DNA from: Flavobacteriales bacterium
Lineage (GTDB): Bacteria > Bacteroidota > Bacteroidia > Flavobacteriales > UBA7430
Assembly: GCA_028110365.1 (NCBI GenBank)
Contig: JAOGVT010000006.1
Span: forward strand, 1,872 to 65,871
Direction: 5' to 3'
Length of the DNA: 64,000 nucleotides
The position numbers were made by a program, and so were the translations under genes. The notes below the pieces were generated by a model, which saw nothing but the letters and a program-made list of their open reading frames with translations, had not been told where the DNA came from and did not search any database. This document shows positions 29,013 through 39,546 of this stretch, in pieces (the first letter of the stretch is position 1; every line of letters starts with the position of its first letter).

Positions 29013-31958
29013 ATGAATAAATTGAAACTTGCAAAACTTGCAAAACTTTTAGAAGGAGATTTCTATTACAACAGCACCATGCGTAAACTCTACGCAACAG
29101 ATGCTTCAATGTACAGAGAATTACCTCTTGCAGTTGCTGTACCTAAAACAAAAAAAGATATTACTAAACTAATTTGTTTTGCAAACGAAGAAGGTGTTTC
29201 AATTATTCCAAGAGCAGCCGGAACTTCTTTAGCCGGACAAGTGGTTGGAAAGGGTATTGTTGTCGATATTTCTCAAAATTTTTGTAAAATTATTGAAATC
29301 AACAAGGAAGATGCCTATGTTATTGTTCAGCCCGGAGTTATTAGAGATGAATTAAACCTCAAACTAAAAGAATACGGACTTTTTTATGGCCCAGAAACAT
29401 CAACCTCAAATAGGTGTATGATTGGAGGAATGATTGGGAACAACTCTTGTGGGAGTAGGTCTCTTATTTATGGATCAGCTAGAGAACACCTTAAATCAAT
29501 TAAAGTAATTCTTGCCGATGGGAAAGAAACAGAATTTAAGGCAATTAGTACTAAAGTATTCGAAGAGAAAGCAAATGGAATAGGAACTGTTTCAGCATTA
29601 GAAACAAACATCTACAAACATGCCAAAACCTTATTTTCTAATCAGGAAAATAGAACAGAAATAGAAAGAGAATTTCCAAAAAAGAGCATCCCAAGAAGAA
29701 ATACCGGCTATGCCCTAGATTTATTATCAGACACCAGTCCTTTTTCGAATACTGAGGAGCAATTCAATTTTTGTAAACTATTAGCTGGTTCAGAAGGTAC
29801 TTTGGCATTCACTACAGAAATTAAGCTGAATTTAGTACCGCTACCAAAAGAGCATCAGGCTCTTATATGTATACATTTTGATTCGATAAATGAGTCGTTA
29901 AAAGGAAATTTAGAAGCCTTAAAATTTAAGCCCACAGCTTGCGAACTCATCGATCATTACATACTCGATTGCACAAAAAAAAATAGAGAACAGGATAAAA
30001 ATAGGTTCTTCGTAAAAGGAGAGCCAAAGGCAATTTTAATTGTTGAATTTGTTGAGGATACCGAACAAAAATTAGAGCTTGTTCTATTAAAATGCCTCAG
30101 CCATTTAAACCATTTAAAATTGGGCCACCACTTTCCAATTGTAAGAGGAGAAGACATCAATAAGGTATGGACCTTAAGAAAAGCAGGTTTGGGCTTGCTA
30201 TCAAATATTACAGGAGACTCAAAACCAGTTGCAGTAATAGAAGACACCGCTGTTGATGTAAACGATCTGCCAGCATTTATAATAGAATTTAACAAGATAC
30301 TTGAACAAAAGAAACTCTCTTGTGTTCATTATGCGCATGCTGCAACTGGAGAACTACACCTGCGTCCTATACTTAATTTAAAGACAGAGCATGGGAACAA
30401 GCTGTTTAAATCTGTAGCTACAGAAATAGCTTTTTTAGTAAAAAAACACAAAGGATCGCTCAGTGGAGAGCATGGCGATGGTCGATTGAGAGGAGAATTT
30501 CTGCCATTTATGATTGGAGAAAAAAATTACCAATTCTGTAAGGAGCTAAAAGATGCTTGGGATCCTAACGGAATTTTTAATCCGGGTAAAATTGTAGACA
30601 CACCAGCCATGAACACTTTTTTGAGATTTATGCCCGACTATACTACAAGAGACTTTGAAACGACGTTTAGCTTTAAAAAAGATTTGGGAATTTTAAGAGC
30701 TGCCGAAAAATGCAATGGTTCTGGTGATTGTAGAAAAACTGAAGTATCAGGAGGAACAATGTGTCCGAGTTACATGGTAACTCGAGAAGAGAAGCATACT
30801 ACAAGGGCAAGGGCTAATATTTTAAGAGAAGTTTTAAGTGACCCAAAAGAACTAAACCCTTTTGAAAATCAAGAAATTAAAGAGGTAATGGATCTTTGCT
30901 TATCCTGTAAAGGGTGTAAAACAGAATGTCCATCAAATGTAGATATAGCAAAATTGAAAGCTGAATATACCCATCAAAATTACCTTATAAAAGGAGCTCC
31001 TTTGCGCGCAAAATTATTTGCGAATTACACAAAAACCAGCAAAAAAGGAGCCGAATTTCGGGCATTACACAACTTTTTAATTCGCAATAAATTAACTTCA
31101 ATTATTGCTAAAAAAGTGATGGGAATTTCTTTAAAAAGATCTTTACCTCTACTTCATAAAAGCACAGTACTTGAATGGTACAATAAAAACCCACAAAAAG
31201 GAAACTTTAAAAATGGTAAATTATTCCTATTTAATGATGAATTTACCAACTACAATGATGTGCCTATTGGCATAAAGACAATTAAATTATTAAATAAACT
31301 AGGCTATCAAGTTGTTATACCTGATCACTATGAAAGTGGTAGAACATTTATTTCTCAGGGATTTCTATCAGAAGCCAAAGAAATTGCCCAAAAGAACGTA
31401 AAACTTCTTGCAAAATTAGTTTCGAATGAAGAACCTCTAATTGGAATTGAACCTTCTGCAATATTAACGCTTCGGGATGAATATATAGAGCTGGTTGATG
31501 ATTCTAAAAACAGTGAATATTTGGCAAAACATTCTTTAACTATAGAAGAATTTTTATCTAGAGAGATTCAGGCCAACAGAATAAACTCAAGTAGTTTTAC
31601 TAAAAAAGCAGAGTTAATTCGTCTTCACGGTCATTGCCATCAAAAAGCAAATTCATCTCTAGTGTATTCTAAAAGAGCTCTTGAATTACCTAAAAACTAT
31701 AAAGTTAAGCTAATCCCGTCAGGGTGCTGTGGTATGGCAGGCTCCTTTGGCTATGAGAAAGAACACTATGAACTATCCATGAAAATTGGTGAATTGGTTT
31801 TATTTCCCACCATACGAAAAGAACCTAGAGGCTCCATAATTTGTGCTCCAGGAACCAGCTGTAGGCATCAAATTAAGGATGGTGTAAGTAAACTTGCATT
31901 ACATCCGGTAGAAATTTTATTCAATGCGCTGGATGTAAAAAGCAACGTAAGCGACTAA
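29013..31958 (+). CDS. FAD-linked oxidase fused to 4Fe-4S and CCG (GlcF/HdrD-like) domains (YdiJ-like oxidoreductase)
   Basis: FAD_binding_4-like N-terminus (VSIIPRAAGTSLAGQ). Ferredoxin-type clusters CNGSGDCRK...CPSY and CLSCKGCKTECPSNV. C-terminal Cys-rich repeats (HGHCHQKA, SGCCGMAGSFG). About 980 aa, like E. coli YdiJ. Confidence 0.75.
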   Translation: MNKLKLAKLAKLLEGDFYYNSTMRKLYATDASMYRELPLAVAVPKTKKDITKLICFANEEGVSIIPRAAGTSLAGQVVGKGIVVDISQNFCKIIEINKEDAYVIVQPGVIRDELNLKLKEYGLFYGPETSTSNRCMIGGMIGNNSCGSRSLIYGSAREHLKSIKVILADGKETEFKAISTKVFEEKANGIGTVSALETNIYKHAKTLFSNQENRTEIEREFPKKSIPRRNTGYALDLLSDTSPFSNTEEQFNFCKLLAGSEGTLAFTTEIKLNLVPLPKEHQALICIHFDSINESLKGNLEALKFKPTACELIDHYILDCTKKNREQDKNRFFVKGEPKAILIVEFVEDTEQKLELVLLKCLSHLNHLKLGHHFPIVRGEDINKVWTLRKAGLGLLSNITGDSKPVAVIEDTAVDVNDLPAFIIEFNKILEQKKLSCVHYAHAATGELHLRPILNLKTEHGNKLFKSVATEIAFLVKKHKGSLSGEHGDGRLRGEFLPFMIGEKNYQFCKELKDAWDPNGIFNPGKIVDTPAMNTFLRFMPDYTTRDFETTFSFKKDLGILRAAEKCNGSGDCRKTEVSGGTMCPSYMVTREEKHTTRARANILREVLSDPKELNPFENQEIKEVMDLCLSCKGCKTECPSNVDIAKLKAEYTHQNYLIKGAPLRAKLFANYTKTSKKGAEFRALHNFLIRNKLTSIIAKKVMGISLKRSLPLLHKSTVLEWYNKNPQKGNFKNGKLFLFNDEFTNYNDVPIGIKTIKLLNKLGYQVVIPDHYESGRTFISQGFLSEAKEIAQKNVKLLAKLVSNEEPLIGIEPSAILTLRDEYIELVDDSKNSEYLAKHSLTIEEFLSREIQANRINSSSFTKKAELIRLHGHCHQKANSSLVYSKRALELPKNYKVKLIPSGCCGMAGSFGYEKEHYELSMKIGELVLFPTIRKEPRGSIICAPGTSCRHQIKDGVSKLALHPVEILFNALDVKSNVSD

Positions 31959-32013
31959 AACAACTAGCCCAAACAATTTAAACAGTAAATTGCAAAAAAA
32001 AGGTCACATAAGT

Positions 32014-32637
32014 ATGCTAATAAGAGTTTACAACGACAATCCTAACGTAAAAGAAATTGACAAGATTGTTACTTGTTTGAAGAATGGTGGTGTTATAATT
32101 TACCCTACAGACACAGTATACGGACTTGGATGTGATATAAATAACAAAAAAGCTCTTGAACGAATTGCTCGTATAAAAGGCTTAAAACTTAAAGATGCAA
32201 ACTTCTCTTTTATATGTTATGATCTTAGACATCTTTCTCTGTATGCAAGACAAGTAAGTACACAAACCTACAAACTCTTGAAAAGAGTATTTCCTGGACC
32301 TTTTACAGTTATTCTTAATGCTACTCATAAAATACCTAAAATATTTAGTACGAAAAAGAAAACAATTGGCATCCGAATTCCAGATAATAATATTGCTCGA
32401 GAAATTGTAAAAGCCCTGGGAAGCCCAATCGTATCTACCTCTATAAGAGACGAAGATGATGTCATAGAATATTCTACTGATCCCGAATTAATTCATGAAA
32501 AATACAGTGCACTCGTAGATCTAATTATTGATGGAGGTTATGGCGAAAATGTAGCATCAACGATAGTAGATTGCACAGATGAAAATGAGTATGCTATTGT
32601 TAGACAGGGAAAAGGAAACATTAATATGATCTATTAA
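32014..32637 (+). CDS. tsaC: L-threonylcarbamoyladenylate synthase (YrdC/TsaC family)
   Basis: YrdC-domain motifs IIYPTDTVYGLGCD, IKGLKLKDANFSF, IGIRIPDN, PIVSTS. ATG at 32014 preferred over the listed TTG at 31990. Confidence 0.8.
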   Translation: MLIRVYNDNPNVKEIDKIVTCLKNGGVIIYPTDTVYGLGCDINNKKALERIARIKGLKLKDANFSFICYDLRHLSLYARQVSTQTYKLLKRVFPGPFTVILNATHKIPKIFSTKKKTIGIRIPDNNIAREIVKALGSPIVSTSIRDEDDVIEYSTDPELIHEKYSALVDLIIDGGYGENVASTIVDCTDENEYAIVRQGKGNINMIY

Positions 32638-33219
32638 CTAAAGCGCACAAAAGCATTTGTGAAGAAAGTTAACCTGTTCAATTAAGGACTTTTTTTCATC
32701 GTTTCTAATTTCATAATCAGCCAATAGCCTTTTCTCTGAATCTTTCCACTGAGCATCCATACGCTTTAGCACACTTTTTTCATCTGTTTGATCTCTTTTT
32801 AAAACCCTCGACATCTTTAATTCCTTAGGTGAAGAAACCAGAATAACTTTATCCAAGCCAATATTTGACTTACTCTCAAATAAAATAGCCGCTTCTTTAA
32901 TAATGTAGGAACCCTTTTGGGTAGTACACCATAAATTAAAATCGCTTTTAACCGCTGGATGAACTATGGAGTTTAACGTTTTTAGGGCTTTAGTATCGGA
33001 AAATACTTTTTTAGAAATATACGTTTTGTTTAACTGACCATTCACATAAGACTTTGAACCAAATGCATTTTCAATTTGAGCAATTACTTTAGAGTCTGAA
33101 GCCATAAGAAATTTAGCTCTAGTATCAGAAAAGTATATAGATACACCTAGCTGTTTAAAAATAGAAGCTACTGTAGACTTGCCACTTCCTATGCCACCTG
33201 TTAACCCGATCTTAATCAT
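32638..33219 (-). CDS. coaE: dephospho-CoA kinase
   Basis: MIKIGLTGGIGSGKSTV P-loop, about 190 aa, typical CoaE layout. Confidence 0.85.
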   Translation of the reverse strand: MIKIGLTGGIGSGKSTVASIFKQLGVSIYFSDTRAKFLMASDSKVIAQIENAFGSKSYVNGQLNKTYISKKVFSDTKALKTLNSIVHPAVKSDFNLWCTTQKGSYIIKEAAILFESKSNIGLDKVILVSSPKELKMSRVLKRDQTDEKSVLKRMDAQWKDSEKRLLADYEIRNDEKKSLIEQVNFLHKCFCAL

Positions 33220-34193
33220 TGCAAATCTAAATATTCTACAGTTGTAGGATTGTACTTAACAAGTTTAACTATAGAGGGGTATTTGTTTTTGTCTATAAAA
33301 ACATTTAAAACAGCACTGTTTGATTTTAGAACTTCATTGTAATCACAAAACAGATCAAAATAAGAGTCCGATACCTTATCTACATCTTGCATGGCAACCC
33401 AAAAAGACAGTTCTATATCTGAGGGCTTGATTATAGGTTTTAGACCTTTAGGTAAGTTTTTAATACGTATGGGAACTATTTTATTTATTTGAGTAAAACG
33501 CTCAACATCCTGAACAATAGTAACCTCTTTAATGGGAGATGAAATTAGTTTATCTGGCCATACTATCGGTAAGCTAACTTTAATATCATTTACAACATCA
33601 TCTAGAATAAGTGGCTCAGTGTAAACTACATTAATTGAATCAATAAGGTCATCAGGACCAAAAAGATCGACTTTATCGGGGCTAACCTTTAAGGAGCTAT
33701 AGGCTTTGTAATTTTCACGAAAAGCAACATCTGTTAAAACCTTCACTTGAACAGTCCTTTTTGTTTTAGTACTGTACTTTAAAAATAAAGTATCCGGTTC
33801 AATAGAGAGAATAGTAAAACCACTTAATTTAGAGGAGATTTCTAGTAAGTGAGATTCTGATAAAAAAAAATTGGACTGTTTGGTATTATCAAAAGTAAGA
33901 CCGGAAACATTTACCGCTAGATTTCTTTTTGTAAACACTTCTTTTAAGAAGTTAAACCCAAAACCTTTAACTTTAATCTGTAAATTATCAACAGGTTCAT
34001 CTTTAAAGTATTTATCAAGGGGTAAATCAACGTAATCAATAGGATAATCTATGTAATAGGTGTACTCTTTTGAGAATTTAATCAAAACCCAAAATAAAGT
34101 AGAGAGTAAAAAGCAAATAGCAATAACGCTCGTTTCACTACCCGAGTAAAAAAAAGTTAAAATCTGCCTTAAGAGGTCTTTGAATCGTTTCAT
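33216..34193 (-). CDS. YbbR-like domain membrane-anchored protein
   Basis: N-terminal TM helix (VIAICFLLSTLFWVLIKF) followed by repeated beta-rich ~80-aa segments. 4-nt overlap with coaE, an arrangement I recall as common in Bacteroidota. Family assignment is from memory, not a motif match. Confidence 0.5.
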   Translation of the reverse strand: MKRFKDLLRQILTFFYSGSETSVIAICFLLSTLFWVLIKFSKEYTYYIDYPIDYVDLPLDKYFKDEPVDNLQIKVKGFGFNFLKEVFTKRNLAVNVSGLTFDNTKQSNFFLSESHLLEISSKLSGFTILSIEPDTLFLKYSTKTKRTVQVKVLTDVAFRENYKAYSSLKVSPDKVDLFGPDDLIDSINVVYTEPLILDDVVNDIKVSLPIVWPDKLISSPIKEVTIVQDVERFTQINKIVPIRIKNLPKGLKPIIKPSDIELSFWVAMQDVDKVSDSYFDLFCDYNEVLKSNSAVLNVFIDKNKYPSIVKLVKYNPTTVEYLDLQ

Positions 34194-34316
34194 TAATGGT
34201 AAAGATACTTTATTTGTCGTTTACGATAAAATTAGTTTCATTTTGTTAAACTAAAAGAATCAATTTAAAGAGTAAAGCTACTAGTTTTACTTTTCCTACT
34301 TTTACAAAAAAGTATT

Positions 34317-34841
34317 TTGATGACTACATTTACAGAACAATTCGGATTTGTTTTACCAGCTATACTGGTCATGATGCTAGCAGTTTACATGCTAAACAAA
34401 GTCTTAAATCACGATCATACACGAAGAGTATTTGAGTACAAAAAATCAGCTGCAAAACAAATGGTTCCACTAAGGGCGCAAGCTTATGAAAGGCTAACCT
34501 TATTAATTGACCGTATGCAACCACCCAATCTACTAGCTAGAGTTCAAACACCTAAAATGAATACACAAAGTTTACACAGAGTTTTAATACAAAGTATTAG
34601 AAGTGAGTATAATCACAATATGTCTCAGCAAGTATACATATCTGATGAAACTTGGGACTTAATAAACCAAGGAAAAGACCAATTAATTAGCCTAATTAAC
34701 GCACAAATAACCGCTACGGACCCTAAAGCAGATGGTATAGAGCTCGGGAAACGTATTATTGAAGCCTCATTAAGCGAACATAAATGGCTTCTAGACGATG
34801 CCTTGACTCATTTAAAAAAAGAGTTTAGAGAAAACTATTAA
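34317..34841 (+). CDS. hypothetical membrane-anchored protein
   Basis: Single N-terminal hydrophobic helix (FGFVLPAILVMMLAVYML), then a helical soluble domain. No family recognised. Confidence 0.5.
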   Translation: MMTTFTEQFGFVLPAILVMMLAVYMLNKVLNHDHTRRVFEYKKSAAKQMVPLRAQAYERLTLLIDRMQPPNLLARVQTPKMNTQSLHRVLIQSIRSEYNHNMSQQVYISDETWDLINQGKDQLISLINAQITATDPKADGIELGKRIIEASLSEHKWLLDDALTHLKKEFRENY

Positions 34842-35010
34842 CAAAAAAATCAATCCGACAAAAAAACAGGCTCAAACCTACCTTCTAATTAAAATAAATA
34901 TATTTATATAGATTTTTAAAAATATCCATGGGAAGTAAACCAATTCGGTTATATGGATAGGATGGTTACAGATAAATTGACTGTAAAATTCTAACATCTT
35001 ATCTAAAAAA

Positions 35011-35036
35011 AGGCCACCTTTCGGTGGCCTTTTTTT
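35011..35036. terminator. bidirectional intrinsic terminator
   Basis: aggccacc-tttc-ggtggcct (8-bp GC-rich stem) flanked by A6 and T7. It lies 17 nt after the minus-strand PUR-like gene and about 170 nt after the plus-strand 34317-34841 gene. Confidence 0.8.
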
Positions 35037-35052
35037 GTTAAAATTATACGTA

Positions 35053-35421
35053 CTAAATATCTTCAAACTCAATACTGGTAAAGCTAGAATCACTATCGGT
35101 AGCTTTCTGATCAGAGCTCTTCTCTGAAATCCCTTCCTTTGGCTGATAATCCGATATTACCTCCTCACCTTTTTGGTCTATTATAAATTTTGATACCTCA
35201 TCAAAGACCTCTTTAAATCCAGCGAAATCCTCTTTGTACAAGAATATTTTATGTTTCTTAAAAAATGAAGAACCATCATCATTCGTGTGTTTTTTACTTT
35301 CTGTAATGGTTAAGTAATAGTCTTCTGCTCGAGTAGATTTTACATCAAAAAAATAGGTTCTTCTTCCAGCTCTAAGTTTTCTTGAAAATATTTCCTGTGA
35401 ATTTAATTCGTTTAATTCCAT
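35053..35421 (-). CDS. PUR-alpha-like nucleic-acid-binding protein (DUF3276 family)
   Basis: SRKLRAGRRTYFFDVKSTRAEDYYLTITESKK......F.KHKIFLYKEDF..F matches the bacterial Pur-repeat protein family common in Bacteroidota. Confidence 0.7.
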   Translation of the reverse strand: MELNELNSQEIFSRKLRAGRRTYFFDVKSTRAEDYYLTITESKKHTNDDGSSFFKKHKIFLYKEDFAGFKEVFDEVSKFIIDQKGEEVISDYQPKEGISEKSSDQKATDSDSSFTSIEFEDI

Positions 35422-35509
35422 TGTTTTATTGATTGAATTTCTAATTATTCAAATTTTATAAAAATTATCGTTAAAAAAAAGAAATTAATGTTAAAAGACG
35501 ATGCAAAAT

Positions 35510-37270
35510 TCAACTTTCTGTTAATTGTTTTTTGTAAACACTTGCATATTCACCATCTAAATTTAATAACTCAGTATGGCTGCCTTGTTCAATAATTGCT
35601 CCTTTATCTAGAACAATAATTTGATGTGCATGCTTTAAAGAAGATGCTCTGTGAGAAATAATAATGGTGGTTTTATTAACGCTTTGTTTTTTTATGTTTT
35701 GTAAAATTAATTCCTCTGTTTCGGTATCAACCGCAGACAGACAATCATCAAACAACAGAAATTTAGGATTTCGAATAAATGCTCTAGCAATAGACACACG
35801 TTGTTTTTGACCTCCAGACAACGTAATACCACGCTCGCCAACAACTGTATTAAAGTTCTCCTTAAAAGTCATAATATTATCATAAATAAGAGCCGATTTT
35901 GCAGCATCCAAAACTTGTAATTCAGTTGCATTTTTATGACCAAAAGCTATATTATTAAAAATAGTATCTGAAAAAAGAAATGATTCCTGAGGAACGTAAC
36001 CTATGTGAGATCGAAGTTGCTTCAAATTTAGTGCTGCAAGCCTATCATTTCCAAATTTAACAAACCCACTTGTTGGATCAATTAACCGACATAACAATTC
36101 TGCTAAAGTGCTTTTACCTGAACCAATTTTACCAATAACACCCAAGGTTTGACCTTCTTCTAATTCAAATGTCAGGTTATCTAAAGCCTTAATACCGGTA
36201 TCAGGATAAACAAAACTCACATTGGTAAAACTTAAATTACCACTTATTATTTTAGAGTTAGCAGTTGAATTTACAATTTCAGGACGCTCTTTTAAAAATT
36301 CATTTATTCTTTGCTGAGAGGCTGCAGCCCTCTGAACAATTGAAGTTACCCATCCTAAAGATGCAACAGGCCAAGTAAGCATATTTACATAGATAACAAA
36401 AGTAGCAATATCTCCAACCTCTATATTTCCTGCAATAGCCTCCAATCCTCCAATGTAAATTGTGAAGAGCGTACTCAAACCTATTAGTAGAATCATTAAT
36501 GGAAAAAACAATGCATTTACCTTTACCAAATCAAGACTTTTTCGCTTGTAGTCGTCTGCTGCATCTACAAATTGGTTCGACCTATATTTTTCCTGAGCAT
36601 AGGATTTAATTACTCGAATGCCTGAAAATGTTTCTTGACTAACACTTGACAATTTAGAAAGTTGTTTTTGAACAATTTCACTTTTAACATTCATAATTGA
36701 ACTCACTTTGTAAATAGCAAGTACTAAAATTGGAAGAGGACTCAAAGCATACAAAGTTAATTTAGGACTCACAGAAATCATCTTTGGGATGATCAGAGAT
36801 ATACTTATAAAAAGACTCGTACTGTATAAAATAGCTGGCCCTAAATACATCCGAACTTTGCTCACATCATCGCTAATTCTATTCATTAAATCACCTGTCT
36901 TATTTCTCTTATAAAAAGAAAGACTCAATTTCTGATAATGATCGTATATTTCATTTTTCAGGTCATATTCAATCATTCGAGACATAACGATTAATGTTTG
37001 ACGCATAAAAAACATAAACAAGCCCCTGAAAACAGCAAATAACAAGACTAGAAATGCGTAATAAGCCAACTGTTTTTCGAGTAATGTTTGGCTAGTTGCA
37101 TCCAAATTCTTGTTTTGGCTCAATGAATCACTTATGAGGTTTAGTACCTCTCCTATATAAATTGGCGGATATAGACCAAAAACATTGGATACAAAAACAA
37201 ACAACAGACCTAAGGTAAAACGATAGCGATATTTCCAAAAATATTTATTAAGATGCTTTAGTGCTTCCAT
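35510..37270 (-). CDS. ABC exporter, fused permease/ATPase (MsbA/multidrug type)
   Basis: Six-TM N-terminal domain. Walker A GKIGSGKST, signature LSGGQKQRVSIARA, Walker B FLLFDDCLSAVD. Confidence 0.85.
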   Translation of the reverse strand: MEALKHLNKYFWKYRYRFTLGLLFVFVSNVFGLYPPIYIGEVLNLISDSLSQNKNLDATSQTLLEKQLAYYAFLVLLFAVFRGLFMFFMRQTLIVMSRMIEYDLKNEIYDHYQKLSLSFYKRNKTGDLMNRISDDVSKVRMYLGPAILYSTSLFISISLIIPKMISVSPKLTLYALSPLPILVLAIYKVSSIMNVKSEIVQKQLSKLSSVSQETFSGIRVIKSYAQEKYRSNQFVDAADDYKRKSLDLVKVNALFFPLMILLIGLSTLFTIYIGGLEAIAGNIEVGDIATFVIYVNMLTWPVASLGWVTSIVQRAAASQQRINEFLKERPEIVNSTANSKIISGNLSFTNVSFVYPDTGIKALDNLTFELEEGQTLGVIGKIGSGKSTLAELLCRLIDPTSGFVKFGNDRLAALNLKQLRSHIGYVPQESFLFSDTIFNNIAFGHKNATELQVLDAAKSALIYDNIMTFKENFNTVVGERGITLSGGQKQRVSIARAFIRNPKFLLFDDCLSAVDTETEELILQNIKKQSVNKTTIIISHRASSLKHAHQIIVLDKGAIIEQGSHTELLNLDGEYASVYKKQLTES

Positions 37271-37414
37271 AGTATACTAGTGAATTTTTTATCTGCAAAA
37301 AAAAGAGTATTTTTGCAGAAATTTAAAAGTAATAATTCTGAGTCAAAAATACATTTCTATAACAACATATCTTCGTTATGGTAGCATTAAATTCAGACAA
37401 TATAAATATAAAGA

Positions 37415-38509
37415 ATGATTAAAATAACCGACATACAAGAAACACAATCTTCAAACAACCCTATCATTCGAGAAATGAATGAAATGGGACATGAACAAGT
37501 TGTATTTTGTCAAGATCAAGAAACTGGGCTTAAAGCAATTATTGCAATCCACAGTACTGCTCTTGGCCCTGCTCTTGGTGGAACCAGAATGTGGAATTAT
37601 AAAAATGAACTAGAAGCTTTAAACGATGTGCTTCGCCTCTCTAGAGGTATGACTTTTAAAGCATCTATATCAGGTTTAAACTTAGGAGGTGGAAAAGCGG
37701 TTATATTTGGCGATTCAAAAACTCAAAAAACCGATGCATTAATGAAGCGTTTTGGGCAGTTTGTGGAAACATTAGGGGGCAAGTACATTACGGCAGAAGA
37801 CGTTGGCATGACTACTCGAGACATGGAAATCGTAAGAAAAGAAACAAAGCATGTAACAGGTATTCCTATGTCTATGGGTGGTTCTGGAGACCCATCTCCT
37901 GTTACTGCTTATGGTGTTTACATGGGCATGAAAGCTGCAGCTAAATACAAATGGGGAACAGACTCTTTAAAAGGAAAAAAAGTAGCTGTTCAAGGCATTG
38001 GGAATGTTGGAACAAATTTAGTTAAACATTTAACAGAAGAAGGCGCTCTAGTTACCATTAACGACATTAGTAAAGAACGAATGGATCTTGTTGCCAAGCA
38101 ATACAACGCCTCAATAGTAGAAGGTGACGCTATTTACGATGTAGATATGGATATTTACGCACCATGTGCTTTAGGTTCTTCCATAAACGATGCTACGTTA
38201 AAAAGACTTACATGTTCGGTTATTGCTGGCGCTGCAAACAATCAGTTAGCAGATGAGGTTAAGCATGGAAAAATGGTCATGGAAAAAGGTATAATTTACG
38301 CCCCTGACTTTCTTATTAACGCCGGTGGACTTATAAATGTCTATTCAGAATTAAATGGATACAACCGCAAAGAATCGATTAAAAAAACAGAAGAAATTTA
38401 CCATACAACTCTAGAAATTTTAAAGAAATCTGAACTAGAAGAAATTACGCCACACGAGGCCGCAAAGCAAATTGCGCAGAGCAGAGTGAGATCTGCTGGA
38501 AGAAACTAG
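37415..38509 (+). CDS. Leu/Val/Phe dehydrogenase (Glu/Leu/Phe/Val dehydrogenase family)
   Basis: GPALGGTRMW, catalytic-Lys region LGGGKAVI, and NAD Rossmann VAVQGIGNVGTNL. About 364 aa, typical of leucine dehydrogenase. Confidence 0.85.
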   Translation: MIKITDIQETQSSNNPIIREMNEMGHEQVVFCQDQETGLKAIIAIHSTALGPALGGTRMWNYKNELEALNDVLRLSRGMTFKASISGLNLGGGKAVIFGDSKTQKTDALMKRFGQFVETLGGKYITAEDVGMTTRDMEIVRKETKHVTGIPMSMGGSGDPSPVTAYGVYMGMKAAAKYKWGTDSLKGKKVAVQGIGNVGTNLVKHLTEEGALVTINDISKERMDLVAKQYNASIVEGDAIYDVDMDIYAPCALGSSINDATLKRLTCSVIAGAANNQLADEVKHGKMVMEKGIIYAPDFLINAGGLINVYSELNGYNRKESIKKTEEIYHTTLEILKKSELEEITPHEAAKQIAQSRVRSAGRN

Positions 38510-38564
38510 AATTCTCAAAACACCCAAACAACTTTCCTCATACGTTCATCGATACAAAAAAAAC

Positions 38565-39509
38565 ATGCTCAACAGGAGACACATTAGAATAAAAGTACTT
38601 CAAATTCTTTACGCATTCTTTCACTCAGATAATGAAGAGCTAAAGAAATTTGAGCGAGACCTCAGCAAAAGCCTCGAAAAAAGCCATTCATTATACCTAA
38701 ATTTACTCGCACTGTTAGTCGCAATTAAGGAGCATGCTGAGGCTAAAATTGAAATGGGTATCAATAAAATGCTGCCCTCTGAAAATGACTTAAACCCAAA
38801 CAAGAAGTTTACCAACAATAGAACACTAGCTCTCTTATCCAGCAATATATCATTACTTGATAAGCTAAAACATGAAGAAATATATTGGGATGAAAACCCT
38901 GAATTGGTAGGTAAAATATTCAGACAAATTCAAGACTCAGAAACTTACTCGGATTACCTTAACGATCAACACTCATCATTTATTGAAGATCGTAAATTTG
39001 TATCAGCAATTTTCATGGAATTTATAGCGCCTAACGAAGATGTTCATACTTACCTAGAAGAAAAAAGTATTTTTTGGTTAGACGACTTTGAAGTGGGGAA
39101 TCTTTCTGTAATTAAAACAATAAAATCATTTAAAGAAAATTCTGATCAATACGCAAGGCTACTTCCTTTATTTAAAAATGAGGAGGACAAAAAATTTGCA
39201 TTCGATTTATTAAAACGCACCATACTTAACTCTTTAGAATACAATAAATACATTGTAGAGACAGCTAGCAACTGGGATGAAGAGCGTATTTCAGCTATGG
39301 ATAAAATGCTGATGAAAATGGCTATATGCGAGTTGTTAAATTTCGAAACGATTCCTGTAAAAGTTACGCTTAACGAATACATAGAACTTTCGAAAGATTA
39401 CTCGAGTAACAAGAGTAAAATTTTCATTAATGGCGTTATCGACAAATTAATTATTCGCTTTAAAAAAGAAGGTGTTTTGAAAAAGTTAGGTAGAGGTTTA
39501 GTTGAATAA
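38565..39509 (+). CDS. nusB: transcription antitermination factor NusB (long Bacteroidota form)
   Basis: N-terminal RRHIRIKVLQILYAF and a C-terminal NusB core (ERISAMDKMLMKMAICELL.....P.KV.LNEYIELSK.YS...S..FINGVIDKL). Confidence 0.8.
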   Translation: MLNRRHIRIKVLQILYAFFHSDNEELKKFERDLSKSLEKSHSLYLNLLALLVAIKEHAEAKIEMGINKMLPSENDLNPNKKFTNNRTLALLSSNISLLDKLKHEEIYWDENPELVGKIFRQIQDSETYSDYLNDQHSSFIEDRKFVSAIFMEFIAPNEDVHTYLEEKSIFWLDDFEVGNLSVIKTIKSFKENSDQYARLLPLFKNEEDKKFAFDLLKRTILNSLEYNKYIVETASNWDEERISAMDKMLMKMAICELLNFETIPVKVTLNEYIELSKDYSSNKSKIFINGVIDKLIIRFKKEGVLKKLGRGLVE

Positions 39510-39530
39510 CTTCAGAAAAAATTACATTTG
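39502..39530 (+). promoter_or_regulatory. candidate promoter (-33 TTG / -7 TACATTTG) for DUF1573-yajC
   Basis: TTG at 39502-39504 and an exact TAnnTTTG at 39523-39530 with an 18-nt spacer, 16 nt before the ATG at 39547. Confidence 0.4.
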
Positions 39531-39546
39531 TAAAAAATAAAAAAAC

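Noticed and set aside
34878-35093. 71-aa minus-strand ORF between the hypothetical gene and the PUR-like gene.
   Set aside because: It spans the strong bidirectional terminator (35011-35036), overlaps the 3' end of the PUR-like gene, and has an AT-driven low-complexity sequence. It is most likely non-coding.
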